A stretch of DNA of 63,801 nucleotides, the filler included, from Octopus bimaculoides (Eukaryota): assembly GCF_001194135.2 (NCBI RefSeq). It is 6 parts of 6 records of this genome, joined end to end, with 100 filler letters (N's around TTAATTAATTAA, not from the genome) between each part and the next. Parts side by side here need not be neighbours in the genome. Positions count along the whole stretch, not along the records: positions 60,812 to 63,801 come from NC_068994.1; 5 more parts are not named here. One strand, 5' to 3'. The notes below the pieces were generated by a model, which worked only from the letters and a program-made list of their open reading frames with translations, ran no database searches and was not told the DNA's origin. A program made the translations under genes and the position numbers. Positions within the stretch are counted from its first letter, which is position 1; every line of letters starts with the position of its first letter. Shown piece after piece: positions 63,084-63,801 of the stretch.

Positions 63084-63801
63084 AACAAAACATCCAGATA
63101 GACGATACAAAGAAAACAAGGACAGGTCATTCGGAGTTTTCTTTCATCAGTCGAGATTCAGATTATCTTTGCAATTTCGGCTGGTTATACTCGAGATTGC
63201 TCCAATCTGGCCAGCCCCNNNNNNNNNNTTCATCAGTCGAGATTCAGATTATCTTTGCAATTTCGGCTGGTTATACTCGAGATTGCTCCAATCTGGCCAG
63301 CCCCAATGAAAAACTAAGCTAAGAGCATTAGATTCCTTGGAAGAAAGCAGCGAATGTATACAAAAACAAGGACGGAAAAAAACGAACAATGTTACACAAA
63401 TACGATAAAAAAATAATAATAACAGAACATAACAACAGGTGTCTTTCGACTAAGGACGAATTAAATTAAGCTGGCGTGTGTAGAAATAAAGCATTATGGC
63501 AGGGATACAAGATTTCACAGACACAGGGAGGAATATCGATGTTGCACGCACGACGGCCAGCCAAGAAAGAAAGATCAGGCTTCGCCGAACGCCGGTAACG
63601 TGGGAAGAGAAGAGAGACAGGTAGAGGCAGAAGGACAAAAGAATTAAGGAGGGGCGAGAAAAAATGACAGGGACACAGTGAAGGGAAAAGTGGTCGGAAA
63701 GTGAGCAAGAAGAGAAGACAAGGAAATGTGAGTGAGGGGGAACGAAAGAACGAAGAGTGGAATGAACGAATAAGAGTGAAAGGGCTGATAGACAGAAATA
63801 G
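63024..63801 (-). mobile_element. Unclassified interspersed-repeat-like element whose end forms the right arm of the hairpin
   Basis: Strong strand-biased purine composition, internal subrepeats of about 40 bp (CAAAACATCC..A.AG..GATACAA) and an end at (TA)n. No ORF was recognised. Confidence 0.4.

Noticed and set aside
63115-63200. HHR-like CTGATGA...CGAA on the minus strand
   Set aside because: It has GAAT rather than GAAA and no consistent helix I or helix III could be drawn; at most a relic.
63143-63304. 76-bp direct duplication either side of a 10-N gap
   Set aside because: Typical unmerged contig-overlap artefact.

Overview
Animal nuclear DNA, most likely a coleoid cephalopod (Octopus-like). 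This is inferred from the SINE families, the extreme (TA)n/(CA)n/(GATA)n/(AAT)n microsatellite load and the AT-richness. About 15% of the window is N gaps, and five TTAATTAATTAA scaffold pads are present. No intact protein-coding gene is supported: nearly all ORFs in the supplied track are microsatellite or N artefacts. Recognisable content is decayed transposons: LINE fragments (CR1/Jockey-type RT, two RTE 3' ends, R4/Dong-type RT, Tx1/L1), Penelope-like (PLE) RT and GIY-YIG fragments, a mariner transposase remnant, two mariner MITEs, and many copies of at least four tRNA- or RTE-related SINE families. The most interesting signal is a set of small non-coding elements carrying minimal type I hammerhead ribozyme (HHR) cores with palindromic helix III. 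The first is a tRNA-headed SINE-like element with a downstream HHR (58471-58760, with a decayed relative at about 7540-7650). The second is a roughly 200-bp HHR-first family found at two loci (3201-3445 and 30877-31324), each arranged head-to-head as an inverted structure. Several long inverted repeats, an inverted pair of 95/107-bp tandem arrays, a POU/AP-1 motif cluster and two weak candidate exons on the minus strand are also reported.
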